DNA from: Tubiluchus corallicola
Lineage: Eukaryota > Animalia > Priapulida
Length of the DNA stretch: 34,062 nucleotides
Direction: 5' to 3'
NCBI GenBank assembly: GCA_030141605.1
Contig: JAQGDQ010002430.1
Location: forward strand, 1-34,062
Positions 30,801 to 34,062 of the stretch are shown one piece after another. The position numbers and the translations under genes were made by a program. The notes under the pieces are model-generated. The model was not told the DNA's origin, did not search any database, and worked only from the letters and a program-made list of their open reading frames with translations. The first letter of the stretch is position 1; the number at the start of each line of letters is the position of its first letter.

Positions 30801-31068
30801 ATTTTACGAGAAAGATAGGCGGAGAAGCAAGGGCAAGTCTTTTACTGAATTGTTGAATATGAAAACAAATAACGATTTGCATAAACTCAATGCTTATCAA
30901 ATAATGAAAAAATACGACAACTACATAAATAAAATAGAAAAACAAATAAAAGAAGATGATATAAGCGATGCCAAGCGTTTGAAATTGGAGGAAGACAAGG
31001 ATAAGGCAATGCGTAAATTTATTATAATAATGCGTGAAAACTACCCTTTTCTTTTGAATGAAAACTAA
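24460..31068 (+). CDS. Giant polyvalent protein, C-terminal part: SF2 helicase + N6-adenine methyltransferase + zincin-like metallopeptidase + LPD38-like domain (DarB-like)
   Basis: GTGTGKT, YDESQH, SATPF, KEGISLHD, QSEGRIYR; YYPTPEP, LLEPSAGHG, MNPPY; HEAVGH..EEYLA; VNFNRKG..LYAFSNAGLQG. The frame is open from 24460, upstream of the called TTG at 24673. Confidence 0.85.
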   Translation: MRTDGLPVPQPDGGVGGGTPTRDRGLGNKDGSERQSGYESDTDGSSSSGSTISNDGEQSNNGVRVGESERALENSTTRDTEPRGGDTIHRTGQKKSDEPQPADRKRQRILKKLSQRDFSKDPVKRGSREDIAATVPQLYPEQQEDTYKAEKQLFKKEGLNKGILFTNGTGTGKTYTGMGIAKRFVLEGKKNILIVVPTDKKSNDWIDEGANLDLTITQLETTKDKGKGIVVTTYANFRQNKALQSRDFDLIIYDESQHLGQNAQGNNTEAFEAHKRAAKLPTYAYNLIKEKYRKEIPEMPDEPTWTNYEGDENKYKKDYAVYEKERKEWKGKYEKIKDKISKEAKQLIDNTKVVFLSATPFAYHKSILYVDGTLIEIYQHLDDYANRKLDKSYGDSYYDRYNQFFINNFGYRIRYNKLTYPKSSVDVGLMERMFYENMKKEGLISGRSLKLDIDYSREFVLLDSTLGKEIQSGLDRLHDIDSFHNEYPLLQANFRKKWNSLYISQLLESIKANKIIARIDEHLKLNRKVVVFHNYNNALPSHPFRFTVDGLMPNEYSKYKIEALQKEIDKFNIEYSHLVNLDVSSLENPLKLFQRVYRDKAVAFNGKVPKKIRRENVNKFNTTNSGTDIIIVQIKAGKEGISLHDTEGKQQRVLINLGLPTAPTDAIQSEGRIYRIGSKSNAIIEYPIINTSFEQFAFGHKIATRSKTAENLALGEEARNLEQSFIDGYINHTQELPIKEQGIGGKGKDKAIVEELSNFKRAKAFYYGQETKTRSTKSREGIDYYPTPEPIGLKMTQWLRAKPDEKLLEPSAGHGAIARFFPSDTKNTFIEPSYDLLSILSLRAKGEKENIRFEDHHTINKYDGIAMNPPYGVRSKTAGEHLKKAYNHLKTDGRLVALVPQGASMQKHINNILTYSKKTKDLTTNREIVETLPTDARLIMDIKLPSVSFEKAGTAIPTRIIVIDKHFSYDAPMPSVQKIDLSHIKDINELFDAIELIEEPLRIREQIEEENRRNNTNYKISESANLITRRGTETILKALQSKIGVPINVISTPEIPSFVKERIPTNTNLKDIKGFCTNGEAYIVADNIKDPVTALKTYIHEAVGHKSLSEMLGNEYYNLLNDSYNLMTDEEVERISKLYGTSNVKIIAEEYLAELSELGELPKQKSKLQELINSLWEMIREFLGLKDFTRTDLIRLLHNHKNRLINKGYTSNVEYDTVLNSNYVSSRISKENNNDTRFKVAKDSKQNKPKQQQQSFVHSRRQKIERNVLDRMLSVKLLQREIEKQGGNISDFANVYEKENQASSRVMAKMDEYNRNIGDILLKNVAELMKKYKLSEEEVVDYMKSKHGLERNKLMRKRAETLNEKLKEVGREDMEDIFIRQNYSGYTDAEAEVIIKKYENIFTNEEQYNLWESVRKATDFSLKALRDYGRLSQSLYEHISKMYKHYVPLRGWLPELTEDMDFDYGGSNDIVYEWFFQGAKGRTSKSDNPLAYIQSMAYSSVIAGENNLVKQAFFQLVGENKKFIGKYYRPQKVYFVRTDKTTEEGRKIWEEKLLPYEHELSDPEKFRTEIPSGSVIVRYSPNYKQRQHFVETYFDGKKFIMDVADPEVARAINGKHHETKGFASTLASGGHLINKTLLGKSTRILSGLMTVFNPNFIFFNYLRDVPYAMTRLGIKGASNKDMIAFSKFMKNSFPTIHRAAVKGLNENTPIDVYYKQFVMGGGQTGYAYLHELESTKQKISTQLKRYSGTNTIYDKAIYNNITKGVSNGLRYLAKMSEDSTRFATYLLSLHQGKTHQQAIADAKNVTVNFNRKGVIAPFMKSLYAFSNAGLQGLHNAVDMAKKNPKTFTSVALANMLLGFINFTLQDLVSIEDDEESFEFSHYSTLNDYVKKNNLIMMTGEKDKHIKVPLPFVFRAFYGLGGTIYEVMNGDKNRTEALISIMEGFNDSLFPIDVTSAITASKKEGTMRIFVPTGLSPIYGSFSNINFMGYDIYREGFTKIQQEYDPSYTRAKTYTNPIWIELSKIINKLAGGEENISSGNIGDIPPEVFKHLFQGYTGGVGTFLNQTMETIINLAKGEKVEWSNVPVLTRVLGGGRRNYNILSQKYYPIKRELIEFYEKDRRRSKGKSFTELLNMKTNNDLHKLNAYQIMKKYDNYINKIEKQIKEDDISDAKRLKLEEDKDKAMRKFIIIMRENYPFLLNEN

Positions 31069-31076
31069 CTAAGATT

Positions 31077-31742
31077 ATGTCAAGTAGAAATGAAATAATA
31101 GAAAAAGTAAAGGAAAAAATAGATGAATTAGTACCTGCGGAGGCTGATACTGACGCTTTACAAGATAATGAACTGTCTTTTGACGACTTAATAGATAGAC
31201 AAATGAACAATCGCACTATTAAAATGTTAAAAGACTTACCTATTGAATTGCTTAATGGAATAGGAAAAGATGAAAGTTTGCTTGTAGCTACAAAGATTAC
31301 AGAAGATATTGACCCTTATTTTGAACGTGGATATATAGACTTGCCAGATGACTTTTTACGTCTTTTAACCTTCAAGATGGAGGGATGGCAAAAAACACTT
31401 ACCGTACATCTTACAGAAGATAACCCTGACTACAACATCCAAATAAACCCATTTACAAGGGGTGGAGTACGTAATCCTGCCTGTGTACTTATAAGCAAAG
31501 ACGAACATAATAAAAAATTAGAATATTTTTCTGTCCTGAAAGGAGAACCGCATAAAGTAGAGAAATTTATATATGTGCCTAACACTAAACTACCTACTGA
31601 CAATATTGCTGACTTTCCTACACATCTTACAGAACCTTTAACACTATGCTTGTCGGAGGAGGTGCTAAGCATTAAGAATAGACACAACGAGGCGGCTATT
31701 ATACGAGCTAAATATGACGAGTGGTTGAAGCAGTATAGTTAG
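31077..31742 (+). CDS. Phage hypothetical protein (possible structural/adaptor); source of the spacer repeat
   Basis: 221 aa, LPDDFLRL..FKMEGW..NPFTRGG..P. Its stop codon overlaps that of the convergent paralog 3. Confidence 0.75.
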   Translation: MSSRNEIIEKVKEKIDELVPAEADTDALQDNELSFDDLIDRQMNNRTIKMLKDLPIELLNGIGKDESLLVATKITEDIDPYFERGYIDLPDDFLRLLTFKMEGWQKTLTVHLTEDNPDYNIQINPFTRGGVRNPACVLISKDEHNKKLEYFSVLKGEPHKVEKFIYVPNTKLPTDNIADFPTHLTEPLTLCLSEEVLSIKNRHNEAAIIRAKYDEWLKQYS

Positions 31743-33295
31743 TTTTTCCCGTATTTTCTGAATGCAGCAACAGTTTGATAGATACCGTAAGCTATGAAGA
31801 TACGAGAAATTGCATCTATAAAATAACTAATTTCCGTTGGTTTATACTCCTCCATAAAATCAAAATCGTGTATAGGGAAAAAGAATTGAGGCAAATACTT
31901 AATATGAGCTTCTGGCATACAACTTAGAGTACTTATATACCAAAAATAAAACCCACAAGTAAAGAATAAGGTAAATATTACACCCCGCACCCAATTAGAA
32001 CCGTGATTATTAGATATCCAGTTGAGCCAAAGCAGAGGATATTCAAAATATTTTTTGTCAGGTTCCTTTTTATATTGCTTCATCTCCAAAGCGTAATACT
32101 TCAATGCTTCCACCTTATCGTTAATTTTTAGTTTCTCGTGCTTGGCTACCCTAAAAAACTCACGGTCGGGATTGGCAATGTGATTTTCTATAGATGAGGC
32201 AGGGGGAAAGCTTACTTGCTTCTCGAACAACACTGATTGAAATGTAAGTTTTTCTAAAAAAATATTGGCAAAACTTACTACACCCATAAAACTGGTATTT
32301 TGAAAAAATAACTCACTTTTTTCTTCTTTGATTTCTTTATTTTTCTTATCTTTCTTATCTTCCTCATTGCTATTAACACCTGTAAATATTGCTATTTCTT
32401 TAAAGCTAACAGTGAGAAACTTAGCCCTTGCTTCAAACTTTGCATAATTAAAGTCAGCCTCTCCTTCAAACTTTGCTTTGTAAAAGGTAGCCTCTCCTTT
32501 AAACTTTGCATTCATAAAGTAAGCCTCTCCTTCAAACTTTGCTTTGTAAAAGTAAGCCACTACTTCAAACTTTGCACCTCCAAAGTTAGCCTCTCCTCCA
32601 AACTTTGCAGCTCCAAAGTAAGCCTCTCCTTTAAACTTTGCTTTGATAAAGTTAGCCTTCTCTGTAAAAGTAGCCGAGAGAAAATCAGCCTTTCCTGTAA
32701 AAGTAGCCGAGAGAAAATCAGCCTCTCCCGTAAAAGTAGCCGAGAGAAAATCAGCCTCCCCCGTAAAAGTAGCCCCGTAAAAGTTAGCCTCCCCTTTAAG
32801 AGTAGCCCAGCGAAAATCAGCCTCCCCTTTAAAAGTAGCCTCTTTAAACTCAGCTACCCCTGTAAAAGTAGCTGAGTTAAAATTAATCTTTCCTTTAAAA
32901 GTAACCACGTTAAAGTAAGCCTCCCCCGTAAAAGTAGCTGAGAGAAAATCAGCCTTCCCTGTAAAATTAGCCTTGTTAAAGTTAGCCCTTCCTCCAAACT
33001 TTGCATAGGAAAATTTAGTCTCTCCTTCAAACTTTGCAGTATTAAAGTCAGCCACTCCTCCAAACTTTGCATAATAAAAGGTAGTCTCTTTTTCAAACTT
33101 TGCACCCTTAAAATTTACATCTTTTTCAAAGGTACAGCGAGTGAGATTTATATAGAAATTGAAAGTACAATTCTTAAAGTCAAGCGACTTAGTAATTACA
33201 TAATAGTCGGGCGAGGTTTTGTCTTGGCTTTTTCTTGCATCATCAATTATTTCGTCAAATCTTTGCTTGTTCATTATAATAGTTTTTTTTCCCAT
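31739..33295 (-). CDS. Pentapeptide-like repeat membrane protein, paralog 3
   Basis: Same architecture as the other paralogs, with the same ~70-bp 5' leader (33296-33365). Confidence 0.9.
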   Translation of the reverse strand: MGKKTIIMNKQRFDEIIDDARKSQDKTSPDYYVITKSLDFKNCTFNFYINLTRCTFEKDVNFKGAKFEKETTFYYAKFGGVADFNTAKFEGETKFSYAKFGGRANFNKANFTGKADFLSATFTGEAYFNVVTFKGKINFNSATFTGVAEFKEATFKGEADFRWATLKGEANFYGATFTGEADFLSATFTGEADFLSATFTGKADFLSATFTEKANFIKAKFKGEAYFGAAKFGGEANFGGAKFEVVAYFYKAKFEGEAYFMNAKFKGEATFYKAKFEGEADFNYAKFEARAKFLTVSFKEIAIFTGVNSNEEDKKDKKNKEIKEEKSELFFQNTSFMGVVSFANIFLEKLTFQSVLFEKQVSFPPASSIENHIANPDREFFRVAKHEKLKINDKVEALKYYALEMKQYKKEPDKKYFEYPLLWLNWISNNHGSNWVRGVIFTLFFTCGFYFWYISTLSCMPEAHIKYLPQFFFPIHDFDFMEEYKPTEISYFIDAISRIFIAYGIYQTVAAFRKYGKN

Positions 33296-33355
33296 TGTTT
33301 TTTAAAGATAAAATTTAAAGCAGTTAAAGATAGACAATTTATATTAAAAGTTAAA

Positions 33356-33477
33356 ACATCTTACAGAACCTATAACACTATGCTTGTAGGAGGAGGTGCT
33401 AAGCACTAAGAATAGACACAACGAGGCGGCTATTATACCCAGCTAAATATGACGAGTGGTTGAAGCAGTATAGTTAG
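33356..33477 (+). repeat. Inter-cassette spacer, copy of 31622-31742
   Basis: acatcttacagaacctataacactatgcttgtaggaggagg...cagtatagttag, nearly identical to the reverse complement of 5852-5973. Confidence 0.92.
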
Positions 33478-34062
33478 TTTTTCCCGTATTTTCTGAATGC
33501 AGCAATAGTTTGATAGATACCGTAAGCTATGAAGATACGAGAAATTGCATCTATAAAATAACTGCATACTGTTGGCTTATACTCCTCCATAAAATTAAAA
33601 TCGTGTATAGGGAAAAAGAATTGAGGCAAATACTCAACCAGAATTTCTGGCATACAACTTAGAGTACTTATATACCAAAAATAAAACCCACAAGTAAAGA
33701 ATAAGGTAAATATTACACCCCGCACCCAATTAGAACCGTGATTATTAGATATCCAGTTGAGCCAAAGCAGAGGATATTCAAAATATTTTTTGTCAGGTTC
33801 CTTTTTATATTGCTTCATCTCCAAAGCGTAATACTTCAATGCTTCCACCTTATCGTTAATTTTTAGTTTTTCGTGCTTGGCTATCCTAAAAAACTCACGG
33901 TCGGGATTGGCAATCTGATTTTCTATAGATGAGGCAGGGGGAAAGCTTACTTGCTTGTCGAACAACACTGACTGAAATGTAAGTTTTCCTAAAAAAATAT
34001 CGGCAAAACTTACTGCACTCATAAAGTTGGTATTTTTAAAAAATAACTCACCTTTTTTTTCT
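33474..34062 (-). CDS. Pentapeptide-like repeat membrane protein, paralog 4 (5' part outside the window)
   Basis: The frame continues to the window edge (KKGELFFKNTNFMSAVSF...). The C-terminus is nearly identical to paralog 3. Confidence 0.88.
   Translation of the reverse strand, partial: EKKGELFFKNTNFMSAVSFADIFLGKLTFQSVLFDKQVSFPPASSIENQIANPDREFFRIAKHEKLKINDKVEALKYYALEMKQYKKEPDKKYFEYPLLWLNWISNNHGSNWVRGVIFTLFFTCGFYFWYISTLSCMPEILVEYLPQFFFPIHDFNFMEEYKPTVCSYFIDAISRIFIAYGIYQTIAAFRKYGKN

Overview
AT-rich prophage-like segment, probably from a Bacteroidota host (TAnnTTTG promoter boxes, A-rich start contexts). It carries a podovirus-like virion module: terminase large subunit (+); a minus-strand operon with tail fibres, a DUF6734-like protein, holin, portal and a possible small terminase; and a divergent plus-strand operon with scaffold, major capsid, ejection-like proteins and a giant DarB/DdrB-like polyvalent protein. 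No integrase or replication genes are visible, and the amidase endolysin and a DNA methyltransferase survive only as unannotated remnants. The main feature is four paralogous genes for 11-aa-repeat (pentapeptide-like) membrane proteins, arranged as two tandem arrays in inverted orientation around the 24-kb structural module. The ~120-bp spacer between these genes is a decayed copy of the 3' end of phage gene 31077..31742, joined at a 10-bp core (TGTAAGATGT). The paralogs are mosaics whose repeat codons vary at positions 1 and 2 while position 3 stays fixed. Other observations: three structural genes need the same -1 shift at A-runs, a nested gene appears overprinted inside the giant protein, and 2830-4110 holds several candidate structured RNAs. 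All family calls come from motif recognition by eye, not database searches.
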